A model generated the notes under the pieces. The model made no database searches. It worked only from the letters and a program-made list of their open reading frames with translations, and was not told where the DNA came from. A stretch of 64,000 nucleotides of DNA. Origin: Eledone cirrhosa. Lineage: Eukaryota. Below, in pieces: positions 13,903 to 27,000 of this stretch. The translations under genes and the position numbers were made by a program. Where the stretch lies: the NCBI GenBank assembly GCA_964016885.1, contig OZ024747.1, positions 54,126,001 through 54,190,000 of the forward strand, written 5' to 3'. The stretch's first letter is position 1; each line of letters opens with the position of its first letter.

Positions 13903-14391
13903 TTGCATGCGCGTGTGTGTGTCTGTGCGTGTGGTTGTGTGTACATATATCGGACCCAGTGGAGTGAAGTGTGAGAGGAGTTTAATGTTTTGTCACTTTA
14001 TATATCGGGTGTTTAGTTGTATGAAATATCTCTTATTGTTTTGGGTTTGTTCTCTTTTTATGCTTGCTCTTTTCTTACTTTTCAATTTTTAAACGACATA
14101 GTCAGAGCCGGAAAAACATCTAACGGCTGTAACTATTTGGAAGACACCGGAGATTTGGGGGAGGTGGGGAAGATATGCTCAAACTAGAGACCTTGTCCAA
14201 ATATTGGCAACAGACGGGATTCCGTTAAAGTAATCAAACGCTTTCGTTGTTGTGCAATCTCTATCTCTCACTCTCTGTCTCTCTCTCTTAGTATCTCTCT
14301 CTCTCTATCTCTCACTCTCACTCTCAGTCTCTCTCTCTCTCTTTCTATCTCTCACTCTCTGTCTCTCTCGCTTAGTCTCTCTCTCTCTCTT

Positions 14392-14428
<37 letters not shown>

Positions 14429-14436
<8 letters not shown>

Positions 14437-14610
14437 AAACGAGAGTTTCGTTTACATGCATAAGATATTAATCGTGTATCGACTTGTTACGCGCGTTTCG
14501 AAAAGGATTGCTTGAAGTTCATCCATTGGAGTAATAACCCGACTCCCCTATCAATCTACTCTTCACACAGACGATGGTACAAACAACAATATTTCACTGA
14601 ATCACCTCGG

Positions 14611-14611
<1 letters not shown>
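14429..14611 (-). mobile_element. (TA)n-embedded element with a degenerate hammerhead
   Basis: Minus strand: TGT-GTGAAGA-[long helix II]-GAAA-C-GCGC-G-TA-ACA; core C3 appears as G. Confidence 0.6.
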
Positions 14612-14681
<70 letters not shown>

Positions 14682-14684
<3 letters not shown>

Positions 14685-15500
14685 CCTGACCAATTCCTTT
14701 TGCGCACGTGCCCCACAACTTTCTACTTCCTTTCACCAATTACACGGATCCTAAACCACTGGTCACATGCTCAGGACATCCACCTTTTTATACCGGATTT
14801 GTTCACCATCCGTCCACACACTCACCGGGAAAACATTCACGAACACACGCACACAAAAAACACTGACACTATTTTCGCACGCACGCAACCATACATTCCC
14901 ACGTATCTACACCACACAAAAACACACACACACACGTGCGTATCCTCACATGCACCTACTCCGCCTCGGGACCTCACGCACCCCCTATCGCTCACCCCTC
15001 CGACCCTTCTCCTTTCACACGCACACACAGACAGACTTACACCACATCCCTTGTACACACTGGTTTTCCTATTACCCGAACATGGAACCTCATTCTTCCC
15101 CAAACTCTCACACTCACATCCACACATACACTCACACACACACGTACATCTACACACACATACACTTACACCCATACACATACACCACCTACCGCTCTCC
15201 CCGTTCGGACCCCCTGCTTACTTCTCCCCTCCCCCTCCATCCATCCACCACCACCTCTACATGCCTCACACCCTTTCACCACTTTTTTATTTTAATTTTT
15301 TCCACTCCTTTTAATTTTTTCCTTCCTTTTAATCCCCCTTCCTTTTTAATGTCTTTCCACCACTCCCCCTCATACCCTCGTAACTCTTTCCTTCCCACTT
15401 TTCTCATGTTGAAGGGCTTATGCCTGAAACGTCCCTTCTCCCACTCTCAAGCGTAAATACCACACTGTCCGTACTGCAATCTTGGTTTTTTGTTTTTTTA

Positions 15501-15503
<3 letters not shown>
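14682..15503 (+). mobile_element. (TA)n-embedded CA-rich element, likely a Penelope-like 3' region
   Basis: Bounded by (TA)n. Near its 3' end TGTTGAAGGGCTTATGCCTGAAACGTC resembles a decayed CTGANGA-GGGC/GCCY-GAAACGTC hammerhead. Confidence 0.5.
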
Positions 15504-15540
<37 letters not shown>

Positions 15541-15543
<3 letters not shown>

Positions 15544-15970
15544 GATAACAAAATATTGTTATATGTAATCCAATTAGAGGTTGGTTGTGAATACTTCTTA
15601 TTATGGATAGTTTTAGCGTACGGCGTTGCTTGAGTACACAATAGGTTTACGTAGATGACGAGTTTATGATTTCGCTTGTATTCCTATGTAAGTTTATCTT
15701 GGAGTAATACAATTGAAACAGTGGAGAATAACATGGTCAACAGTACAACAAATGGGATTTATTTGCAGTCTAACAATTGTTTCACTGATAAAGTTGTCTA
15801 AAAATTGCTGAACACTAAAAGCAGTGCCACTCAATTTTAATTACGATGTTAGCTCGATCAGATCTTCGGAAACTGTTTTTAGACAAACTTTATCAGTGAA
15901 ACAATTGTTAGACTGCAAATAAATCCCCTTGTTTTTACTGTTGACCATGTTATTCTCAACTTTTTCAATT
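15541..15970. mobile_element. (TA)n-embedded fold-back element (arms 15711-15804 / 15876-15970, plus tail)
   Basis: Inverted arms seen; each contains GAAA-C-AATT-G-TT (hammerhead 3' half with palindromic loop). Confidence 0.7.
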
Positions 15971-15987
15971 ATATATATATATATATA

Positions 15988-16124
15988 AGTAGTTCAAAAG
16001 TTAGTTAACCATACTGAGAACACATGTTTCCCCTGGTTAAATATTTGTTATTGGTATGGTGAACTTACACCCGTGGCACTACTTCTACCAAATTTGTCCC
16101 TCAAGGACTGAGTGCTATACGGAT
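15988..16124. mobile_element. Short (TA)n-embedded insert
   Basis: Unique sequence between TA tracts; minus strand has GAAA-C-ATGT-G-TT, but no 5' core is visible. Confidence 0.4.
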
Positions 16125-16141
16125 ATAACCCACCAGTGTTC

Positions 16142-16160
<19 letters not shown>

Positions 16161-16186
<26 letters not shown>

Positions 16187-16509
16187 TAAAAAAATAATGA
16201 ATAAAACAATGAAACAGTTCCTTATATTAAACAAAAAAAGTTCATTATTTAACGATCGTTTCTAGGATATATATGTGTTAGAATTGGCATGCATATTCAA
16301 CAGATCTATGTACAAAATTATACAAAATTATACAAACTATCATTGTTTTATTCATTATTTTTTTAATATTTTATCTTGACTCTGTATTCCGTTTATCTTT
16401 CACCGAAAGTGATTTTTCATTGCATCTCTTCTTTCCATGATATCCGGACTACATTGAGTTCTTCATACGGATTGGACACTACCGTAAACTCTTTGTAGAT
16501 TTATCTACA
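16161..16509. mobile_element. (TA)n-embedded fold-back element with a decayed hammerhead on the minus strand
   Basis: Arms about 16161-16212 / 16340-16372 (partial). Minus strand CTGTTGA...GAAA-C-GATC-G-TT at about 16250-16303. Confidence 0.55.
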
Positions 16510-16530
16510 TATATATATATATATATATAT

Positions 16531-16852
16531 AAGGGAAAAAGATGAAATCGAAAATGCAACTGGAGACTTATTTAAAAAAAAAATATATATATATTTATTT
16601 TGTCCCATTACCGGTTTCACAGATGGAGGGTCTGTGGTTTTTCTTACATGTGAGAAAAACCACAGACCCTCCATCTCAATTCTTTTTTTGAAAAGCAGAA
16701 GAAATGCGAAACCGGTAAAGGAACCAAATAAATATATTTATATATTTTTAAATAAGACTCCAGTCGCATTTTCGATTTCATCTTTTTTCCTTACACTTTC
16801 ACTCGTGTAGGACACCTCGGTTATTTTTCATTTTGTAAAAAAAAACCTCACA

Positions 16853-16859
<7 letters not shown>
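16531..16859 (+). mobile_element. (TA)n-embedded fold-back element (centre ACATGT at 16646-16651, plus tail) with a degenerate hammerhead
   Basis: Arms about 16531-16648 / 16649-16793. Right arm TTGAAAA-GCA..TGC-GAAA-CCGG-TA-AAGGAA. Confidence 0.7.
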
Positions 16860-16903
<44 letters not shown>

Positions 16904-16909
<6 letters not shown>

Positions 16910-17104
16910 ATACTTTGGGAGGGTCATGTTGCTAATAAGAAACACACGCACCAGTTGGTTCACTTCAATTTATTATAATAAATTGAAGTGAAAGCAACTG
17001 GTGCGTGTGTTTCTTATTGGCAACATGACCCTCCCAAAGTATAACAATATCGGTTTCAACACACGATTTCAGATAAAGAATATTGCTAAACAAATTCAGA
17101 AACG

Positions 17105-17108
<4 letters not shown>
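16904..17108 (+). mobile_element. (TA)n-embedded spacerless palindrome (~72-bp arms) plus ~58-bp tail
   Basis: Arms 16904-16975 / 16976-17048 are nearly perfect; flanked by (TA)n. Confidence 0.75.
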
Positions 17109-17138
<30 letters not shown>

Positions 17139-18691
17139 CTATCACTCTCTCTCTCTCTATCTCTCTCTGTCTCTGTATGTATGCATGTGTGAAATATTAC
17201 GTTCTTACCAATATTCTATTTTGTTCATTTTGACAGTTATAAACACATCCACTGATTTTGGTTTAATTCTTTATTGTTATGCGTCAAACTGGCAGTGTTT
17301 TGTTAGGGTGTTGGATAGAATACGTTGCGGTACTCATTGCGACTCTCTGAGCACTCAGTTCTCTTCTAGACTGAGCTGAGCCTATATGATATACAAATAT
17401 ACACACACACACATTTTTACATAAAGTTTTCTCAGTGGAAAACATCTTTCGTCAGCTGTTATCGAAAATTACATATAATTCTGTATATTTATAAAATATC
17501 CTTCCTTCCCTTAATACCGAACAAAATTGATGCTACCATGAAATGCCCCGGGTTCGGTTAGCTCACATTCATTACCGAATCACCAATTAGACCGACAAGG
17601 TAGCCACCATACGGGCGAAATACATTTCTGAAAACAAATGGAAAGTTTTATTCAAATTCATATAAATTAATGACGTCCGAACAAGAAGCGTCCTCTTCCA
17701 ACTAACTTACCCTTATCCTCTGGGTACCGACCGACAGGGTAGAGCATGCATTAACCAGGAGGGTGGCGTGGGAGACGTGCTGGATCAGCCACACTACATC
17801 ACTGGGCATGTACCTTCGAGGGGCCAACTCCGCTCCAATAAGAGTAAGTAGGGATGTGGACTGGAGGCCAAGAAAGCCGGAAGTCACCACTGCTAAAAAT
17901 TAATATAGTACTGAACATTAATTACAACTATAATTAAAGGGTTAATGTTCTGAATTTATAAAATCCAGATAAATATATAATTTCATGCGATCAACATCAT
18001 AAACGAATAATATCTTTGCTGAAAAGCAACATTGTGAAATTAAACAAAGCGGTGCAGAGGGCCGTATGGCGTTATGACCTGCTAAAAAGATTTGGCATGT
18101 GTACGTGTTGACTGTGTAATAGATAATACAGGCGTTGAATGTTCCTCAATTTACTGAGAGTGTGAAGTTTCAAAAAATTGATTTGGCAGCTTGCCAATGT
18201 ATAAGTTGAAATTATATTATTTGGTATTCTGGGACGAATAATTTCAAGAAGGGGGCGCACATATTAGGGGTATCCTAGGGTGCTGAATACCCAGGTACTG
18301 GTACTGGCCACGCTTTAGCAATATTTCTCCAGCCGTCATCTATGTAGCCACCACACCACCAAACCGGGTACATCTATAATCACTTCTAGTAAAGAACGAT
18401 GTTGCTGTAATTCTGTATTTGTTTTCATTAGTGATGGGCGACGGGCTCCCTGGTAAAGAACATGAGTGATATCCTTCTAAATTTTCTAATCGACGATAGC
18501 TACATGTATATGTATACATACACACTGACACTCTCTCTCTCACACACACACACACACGCATATATATATATATGGTGTATAAGTATATGGTGTGTAAGTA
18601 TATGTATGTTTATATGTATGTGTTTATATATATATGTGCATATATGTATGTGTATATATATATGTATATATATATATGTGCATATATGCAT

Positions 18692-18732
<41 letters not shown>

Positions 18733-18750
18733 TATGCAGACTTTCACATG

Positions 18751-18785
<35 letters not shown>

Positions 18786-19097
18786 TTATATATATATATA
18801 TATATATCGCTTACAGTCATAAAATCTAATCTCCAGATCTGGGAAAAAAAAGAAAACTTCTCATAGCCGTGTGGGTATAGACAAGATAATGAAAGTATTG
18901 TTGTTTTTTTATATTAGTGATGTGGGGTGCCTGACATGGTGGTTCTGAGGTTTAGGTTGCACCCTTTTATTTTGTTGCTATCTCTAGGATTTTGACGTTG
19001 TTTTTCTTAATTTTTAAATTAGAGGGTGTTAAGTTATTAGATATGTTTATTTTGTAAAAGGTTGCTGTAATGTTTTTCTTAGACGCAAACAGGCACA

Positions 19098-19149
<52 letters not shown>

Positions 19150-19249
19150 TATATATACATATGTGTCTGTGTATCTATGTACGTATGTATATGTATATAT
19201 ATGTATGTACTTATATATATATATATATATATATGTCTGTGTGAATGTA

Positions 19250-19287
<38 letters not shown>

Positions 19288-19323
19288 TACATTCACACAG
19301 ACATACAAACACACACAGACACA

Positions 19324-19386
<63 letters not shown>

Positions 19387-19796
19387 TATTTTTAAATTCC
19401 CATACGAAAAAAAAAATAGTTAAACGGAAGGGCTGAAAGAGAGAAATACAGCAAAGAAGTTAGGAAGGAAGATATGAGAAAAAAAAATAGAGACAAGCCA
19501 AAGAAATAGAGGAAGAGAAGGAAATAGAGGAAGAAAGAAAAGTGAAAAAGATCTATAAAGAAAACGTATTTAAGAAATATATAAAATAATGTAAATAAAA
19601 TTCCAAAGTTATGGAAATATAAAATATACAACAAAACAGAAAATATTCAAATAAAAAGCGACGTGAAATTTGAAAGAAAAGCTAAGTAATTATGAGTAAT
19701 AATCTGGTGTCAGTGAGTGCAGGAAGTGACCCATGGGGTTAGTATCTAACTTGAGGGCTCCACTGGGTCTACGATAGTGTGTGTGTGTGTGTGTGT

Positions 19797-19832
<36 letters not shown>

Positions 19833-19968
19833 AGGGAAGACAGTGATAAGGGAGATGGGATAAGGGGTGGGATTGTTGTTTTTTAGTGAAGTAGAGATAT
19901 GGGTGTGTATGAGATGTTGTTAAAGTATAAGGAACCTATAGTATGTGTATGTAAGTATATGTATGTAC

Positions 19969-20001
<33 letters not shown>

Positions 20002-20388
20002 CGTGTACGTACATATATATATATATGTATATATATATATACACACACACACACACATATATATATATGTACATATATATACATATACTTTATATATATA
20101 TATATATATATATGTTTGTGTGTGAGTGTGTGAGATTATGTATGTGTGCATATGTGGTAGAAGCTGGAGGTGAAGGGGATGGTGGTATGTAGGAAGTGAC
20201 GGTGTTAGACGTTGCAAGATGAAAGGAATGTTATTGGAGAGTGGAGAATAGGCTGGTGCAAGAAGTTGTTGTTTTTTGAAATTTAGTAACTAGAGAGAAA
20301 AGTTAAAATAGAAATGAAAACAAGGGGGAGAGAGTAAAAGAAAGATAAATAGAGAGAAGAGACAATGTTACTGGTGTATGACACACAC

Positions 20389-20447
<59 letters not shown>

Positions 20448-20541
20448 AGAGTCTGCGGTCGGGAATTTACACGTCTTCCTTTCCCCCCACCTTTCTCTCT
20501 CACTCTCTCATATAGACACATACACCATGTATATATATATA

Positions 20542-20644
<103 letters not shown>

Positions 20645-20859
20645 ATATATATGGGTGTATGTGTACACATTTGGGCTGTTCCACGTTTATATTTACAAAC
20701 GAAGCGAAATTACTCAATTTACTATATATAAATTAGCAGTTGAATCAAGTTGAATATCAAGTTATCTTTTCAAACTACCGTTTATTAAAATTAGTAAAGA
20801 AAAGTAACTGTGCTAAATAATACAAACAATATTACTCGCAAACAGATTGAAATATAATT

Positions 20860-21660
20860 AACTAAGGCTCTTGAGAAATCGTGGGGGTACTGCCAAGAGG
20901 TGTATTCTTGGTTTGTAGGTCTCAAAAAAACATACTACTGCGTTCCATGAGACCTGCTTTCGAAGGTTCTGCAGGAGTATGGGGTCAATGATTAGCTTGT
21001 TGCCCTTATGTCTTAATAGAAATGCACGAGTATTTGTGTTCGGATTAATGTTGCTAAATCGAAACCACCAATGTGGGAGTTGGACTCCGCCAAGTGTGCG
21101 TACTGTCACCTCTCCTGTACATTAATTTCATGAACTGGATTGACATGTGCAACCGATTTAGAAGGGATATCACGACTGGCAAGAGTAGAATCAGTCAGCT
21201 GGAATTTAACAGACGACATGATATTACGTAACAAGACCCGCAGGAGATGGTGCAGTAATCCGCCGGCTTCAGCTTTCGATAATCAGAAGAAGGGAAGTAT
21301 GTGTAAAAGCCAAACTCGATTTTTAATTCGGTGTTCCTGCCAACCCTTTATCTATGGTCATGAATCTTGGGTAATGACCGAAAGAATACGATTGCGAATA
21401 TAAGCGGCCGAAATTGGGTTCCTCCAAAAGGTCTCAGGAACGAATTGTTGGAAAGATTTTACAGGTAAAGCCAACCTGCAGGAGACCCAGGGCTAGACTA
21501 TGAGCAACATGGTTGGATAACACCCATGCGTTCCACTGGTCGTGATTGGTGATCCTGCTGGATCAGTTGGAAACCGTTGCTTTATATTGGACCCACTGGA
21601 ACGAGTGTTTGGGGATTCTGCCACCAAGGCCCTCTTAGGAATAAGTGGGCGAAGAATAAG
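20860..21660 (+). mobile_element. Degenerate RTE-clade LINE fragment
   Basis: Frameshifted RT remnants (VLQEYGV, VGVGLRQVCVLSPLL) and downstream YGHESWVMTERIRLRI*AAEIGFL, typical of RTE ORFs. Confidence 0.75.
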
Positions 21661-21946
21661 TAGAAAATATGCGGGTGGATTTTGTGTGTGTACATATTTA
21701 TTAATCCATCACACTATATGACTATATATCCACAAATATATCTGTCTGTCGATTAATCTACCCAACAATCTCTATCTGTTTTTCTCTGTCTATACATATA
21801 TATATATTTATATATGACACAAGCCGAAACTGTTTGTCGCCGTGGACGGGATTTTACATCTCTCTCTCTCTCTCTCTCTCTTTCGCTCTCTCTCACTATA
21901 TATACATATATATATATATCCACACACATTCTATCATAAAAGAAAG

Positions 21947-21948
<2 letters not shown>

Positions 21949-22007
<59 letters not shown>

Positions 22008-22008
22008 C

Positions 22009-22040
<32 letters not shown>
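21949..22040. repeat. (ATCT)23 microsatellite, 5' flank of the LINE
   Basis: Seen directly; one ATCC variant. Confidence 0.95.
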
Positions 22041-22041
<1 letters not shown>

Positions 22042-22242
22042 GATAGAGTAAGACACGCTTCGCATCGGCTCCGCTATTCCATCGGGATTTACCCTTACTA
22101 TTGTAAGTACCGGATAAAATTTTTAGTGCAACACATTTGGAACACTAACCCCTGTTATTTAGGGAAACATTTTTGCATTTACCCCCTTTTTAGGGGGTAA
22201 AATAAATATCTATTTTTGCCGAAAAATTTCTTTCTTGGCAGC

Positions 22243-23931
22243 ATGGCGGAAAAGATGGCAGACATGTCTGCCATTAGCTCTGCCACGCCCCCCAAGTCTG
22301 AAGAACAAAAAATAATTACAACAAAATTAGACATTGAAACAAACAAACAAAATGAAAAAACAAATGTTATGGAAAATGAGCAAACAGAAAACAAACAAAC
22401 AGAAAATAATACAAATAACGACAGGGCAACTTTCGCCCAGAAAACAAAGCAATCCATTACATACACACCAATTGACCTAACTGCCGCCAGAGAAAAACTG
22501 GCCGAAGCAAAGAAACATATTGTTTTGGGAGAGAACGGAATGTTTTCCATTAACTCCCCCCCAGAATTCAAGAAAGCCAGAGAAGAAAACACAGTTATAT
22601 ACAGAACTATACTAAACCAGTCAAGAAAGCCAGCACAGCCCAGCCAAATGGAAATAGAGTTAGTCCTAAAAGACTATATGAAGAATATTCTCTTCATACG
22701 AAAGGACCGACTCTATGGCAGCATTTCGGTCCTAACAAGAGACAAAGAAACGGCGGTTCAGCTTTCCCTAAGCCCACTCTCGTCGACAACATATAGCTTC
22801 TATCCCTCCTACATGGGTAGAAGAACACAGAGGGTAAAAGTAAAAACAATGCTGCCCACAATGGACTTCTGGTGGGCTATTGCTGGCTTCATTGATATGG
22901 GCGAAGACACTATGCTGTCAATGGGGAAGGCAACTGGAGATGCGTTCCTGGGAATGGGCCTCGACATACTAGTCCAAATGAGGCCCGAAAGAATAGCACA
23001 AATCCCGGATCGCATCTGGCTGGATGACCTTACCCCAATAGACATAATTGTAGAGGGGAGAAGACCAGCATGCTATTTATGCATGGAAAGGGGACACGTT
23101 AAGGCTAACTGCCCGAAACGTATCCCCCAAAAAGGACTATTGCCCACACCCACCACAAACAGTACACCAGCACCACCCACCTCCAAAAATACACTAATAC
23201 CACACACAGCAAACAAAATACAGACACCACCAACCACAAACACAACACAAACATCACCACCACCAGCACCAAACACAAGCACGACACAAAAATCACCACC
23301 ACCAACCACAACACAAACATCACCACCACCATTACCAACCACAAGCACGACACAAACATTACCACCACCACCACCACAAAACCCATTCCAAACAAATAAT
23401 AAAAAAAACAGTAACAAATCTACCCCTCCCGCAAAAAAAAAACAACCACACAACACGTCCCTCCCACCTAGCGCTGAAGAGTTTCCCCCAACTTCTGAAG
23501 AAGAAGGAGGAGAAGCCTTCAGACAAGTTAAAAGAAAAAAAAGAAAACACACACCCAGCACACCACAAATAACCCACACACAAACACCAACTCCAATCAA
23601 AAACACCCCACCCTCAACAAACAAAAATAAATCTGCGCCTCCCCTCTCCGAAACATTGACAGCATCACAAAAAAAGACGTTGCAATACACATATATAAAT
23701 AAAGAAAACAAAAAACTGGTTAAATTAATAAACAATAACCCTATGGTGCAGACCGAAGGGCCAAACTTTATCTCAACAGAGAACTTCACCCATTTAAAAA
23801 TGATAAAGGTCCCTCTGGACCTTTATCGTTCCTTAAAAGAACAATTTAGACGGGACGTGAGCCCCCCCCTGTTTAAAACCGTTGAATCGCGTCCTCTTGA
23901 AAGATTTCCCCATAACCGCCCCTCTCCCTGA
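22243..23931 (+). CDS. LINE ORF1 (gag-like nucleic acid-binding protein, CCHC knuckle, Pro/Thr-rich C-terminal half)
   Basis: First ATG at 22243; CYLCMERGHVKANC = CX2CX4HX4C; basic KRKKRK motif. The true stop may be 24079 if the C-run near 23862 has 7 C as in copy 2. Confidence 0.85.
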   Translation: MAEKMADMSAISSATPPKSEEQKIITTKLDIETNKQNEKTNVMENEQTENKQTENNTNNDRATFAQKTKQSITYTPIDLTAAREKLAEAKKHIVLGENGMFSINSPPEFKKAREENTVIYRTILNQSRKPAQPSQMEIELVLKDYMKNILFIRKDRLYGSISVLTRDKETAVQLSLSPLSSTTYSFYPSYMGRRTQRVKVKTMLPTMDFWWAIAGFIDMGEDTMLSMGKATGDAFLGMGLDILVQMRPERIAQIPDRIWLDDLTPIDIIVEGRRPACYLCMERGHVKANCPKRIPQKGLLPTPTTNSTPAPPTSKNTLIPHTANKIQTPPTTNTTQTSPPPAPNTSTTQKSPPPTTTQTSPPPLPTTSTTQTLPPPPPQNPFQTNNKKNSNKSTPPAKKKQPHNTSLPPSAEEFPPTSEEEGGEAFRQVKRKKRKHTPSTPQITHTQTPTPIKNTPPSTNKNKSAPPLSETLTASQKKTLQYTYINKENKKLVKLINNNPMVQTEGPNFISTENFTHLKMIKVPLDLYRSLKEQFRRDVSPPLFKTVESRPLERFPHNRPSP

Positions 23932-24084
23932 CACAACTCCAAATACCCCAACCCCACCACACACGTGTACCCCCACACCACCACAAAACATCCCTCCACC
24001 CAACACACCTGATGCCATGGAAATTACGCAACCCGGAGAGGTAAGTGCTTTTCCTTCTTCACTTTCAACACCAAAATAGATCAA

Positions 24085-27000
24085 TTGAGAGTTGGCTGTT
24101 TGAACGCGCGTGGCCTGAGCTCAGCTTGGAAGCAAGCAAAGCTTCTAAGTGACCTCAGGTCACAAAGTATAGATGTGATGGTTGTTTGCGAGAGTCGGAT
24201 CAGCAGCGTGAGACAGCTGGCGCCCGCCTTCGATGACTTTGAGATGCACACATCTCTCTGTCAACCCGGAGGCGGGGGGGGAGTTGCCGTACTGCTGGAT
24301 AAACGTCTAACTCTCGACGTACAGATTGTTCACTCGGACCCGGGGGGTCGATTACTGGTGCTGGACGTCGGAGGTGGTGAAGGCGGGGCTTTCAGACTGG
24401 TCGGTCTTTATGCTCCCTTCGGGGCGGAGAGAGCCGACTTCTTCCAACGTCTGGAGACTTTTCTAGGAACGTCGCGTTCCCTGCTTTTAGTGGGGGACTG
24501 GAATGGAATCCTAGATGCGCGTTGGGACTATGCAGGGGCATGTCCCGATAGAGGGGGGTGTAGCAGCCTCAAGGGGTTACTCGATCGATTCGACCTGGTC
24601 GATAGATTTCGACTAGATTGTCCAACTGCGCCAACCTGGACCTGGGCAAACCGCAGTGGACAATCTAGATCGTACCTAGATAGGTTTTTGGTTAGGAGTA
24701 AGGATAGGGACGTATTTAGTTGTCCAGAACTGATCATGGTTGGCTATTCAGATCACAAATTAGTGACCTGCATGGTCAACCTTGATAGAACGCATAGACA
24801 GGGTCCCGGTTACTGGAAGATGAACTTGTCCTTACCGACAAAGAAAGATTACAGAAACCGGATTAGTAGCTTAGTTAAGATGCGGTTGACGGGAGCGATC
24901 GTCAACAGTAGGTGGTGGATATCTCTAAAGAGAGAGATTAGAGTAAGTTCGATAGGTTACAGTAAGGAACTAGCGGCGAATAGAAATAGGAGGGAAAGGG
25001 AGTTAACAGATAAACTAGAAGAGGCGATTAGGAGCGGAGACGTAGCCAGAGTGTTAGCGACGAGAACGGCATTGAGCCAGTTCTTTGACACGAAGCACGA
25101 AGGCTGCGTTGTCCGAAGTAAAATACGTGCTTTAGGAAACGAGGGGACCAAAGCTGTTAGCTGGGCCCGCGTGACAGAAGCCAAGAGTGGGATTAAATCC
25201 ACCATTCGGTCTTTGCGAGACCAGGATGGACGGGTGATCCTTGAACCTGAGCGAATGTGCGAGACCTTTCAAAGGCACTTTGCTCGACTGTTCGGAGGTG
25301 GCGGGGGGCCGGACGGGGATGTGGACTTCGGTCCATACCTCGACGGTCTACCGCGTCTTTCGAGCGGCGAAGCGGAGTGCTGCGAAGGGCCAATCACAGC
25401 CACTGAAATCGGGGAAGCGCTCAGCCAATGCAGCAGACGCAAATCCCCGGGTCTCGATGGTCTACCATACGAACTTTATTTAGCTATGCCGGTCTTGTTC
25501 TCCGAACTCCTCGAGGCTGTCTATTGCAACTGGCAACAGAACGGGAGAATTCCCTGTTCTGTGACCAAGGGCGTGGTCACGCTAGTGAGGAAGGACGAGA
25601 GCAAGGGGGACGACTTAAGTAACTTTAGGCCCATAACTCTGCTGAATGCAGAGTTACAGATTTTGGCCAAGGTGTTGGCGAAGAGGTTGGCGCTTGTGGT
25701 GGGTGGTTTGGTGGGAGACGCGCAGACATGCGCTATCCCGTCCAGGTCCATTCACGACAACCTCCACCTCATGCGATACATCATAGAGAGGGTTGGCTAC
25801 GAACCCGGCTTTGGTGGGGCCCTGATCAACTTGGATCAATCTAAGGCGTTCGATAGGGTCGACCATGGTTACCTGGATGCGGTGCTAGCGGCGGCGGGCT
25901 TCGGACCCGTTTTCAGGGGCTGGATTTCTGCCATGCACAGTGGCAACATCTACTCTAGGATTAAAGTAAACGGCTACCTCTCGGAGCCGTTTCAAATCAC
26001 CCGATCCATCAGACAGGGGTGCCCCCTCTCCTCCCTTCTGTACGTATTGACTCTCGAGCCACTGCTGCGGAAGTTGGAGTTGCTGCGGGGCATACCCCTG
26101 GAACCGGGATTGCACAAAGCGGTCTCGGCCTATGCCGACGACGTAACAGTAATGGTGGCGGACGCCTCGGAAATCGGGGCGATCGCCACCCTACTGGAGG
26201 AATACGAAAGGCTGACGGGGGCTAAGCTGAACCAGGACAAGTCAGTCGGTTTGCAACTCGGAACGTGGAGGGGCAAACCGATGCCGTTAGACGGTGTCGT
26301 CGGGCGGTGGACGGAGGGCCCGGTGAAGCTGCTCGGGGTCTGGTTCGGACCGGACCTCCAGGTGGAGAAGAATTGGGGCGAGGTGACGAGCAGGGTGTTT
26401 GCGCTGACCCAGAAGTGGGCCAAGTGCAAACTATCACTGAAAGGTCGGGCGGAGGTGACGAACGCTTACATAGCGTCCGTCATCTACTACCGCCTGACCG
26501 TCGTGCCTTGCCCCAAGGAAAAGCTCACCATCATGGAACGCATGCTCTTCCAGTTCCTCTGGAAGAAGCGGCCTCCCATGGTGAGGAGATCCATCTGCTG
26601 CCAGCACCCTTCGAAAGGAGGGCTGGGTATGCCGTGGCTGTTGATGCGTAGGCACGCATTGAGGCTACGGCATCTACAGGTATTCCTCAACGGTCAGCCG
26701 GTGTGGGCCCCGTTTGTGAGGCGAGCCTTCCCACAGCTCGTCTCGCTCACCGAACTGCAATCCTGGGTGAAGCAAAGACCGAGAAAACTGGGCAACTGGC
26801 ACACTGAGTGTGCCCAGGCGCTCACGGCTATCTGGCAAGCGGACCCGACTGTCAGTGGAGAATCCACCTCAACATTCTATAGAGGGTTGGTGGCTAGCAG
26901 GGGCGACGACACCCTTGGAGAGTCGCTAGGCATGGAGGAGGACGAACTGGCCAGCCTGTTCGGTAGAACTTTCGGCCCGGGACCCATGGACAACTTCCAG

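Noticed and set aside
18050-18310. Possible GC-rich MITE ends (also 45865-46165)
   Set aside because: Too decayed to define terminal inverted repeats or a target-site duplication by eye.
24041-24079. GAG|GTAAGT...pyrimidine tract...TAG as an intron fusing ORF1 to ORF2
   Set aside because: Only 39 nt, and splicing gives ATC AAT TGA, which is out of frame with ORF2. The donor might still be used with another acceptor.
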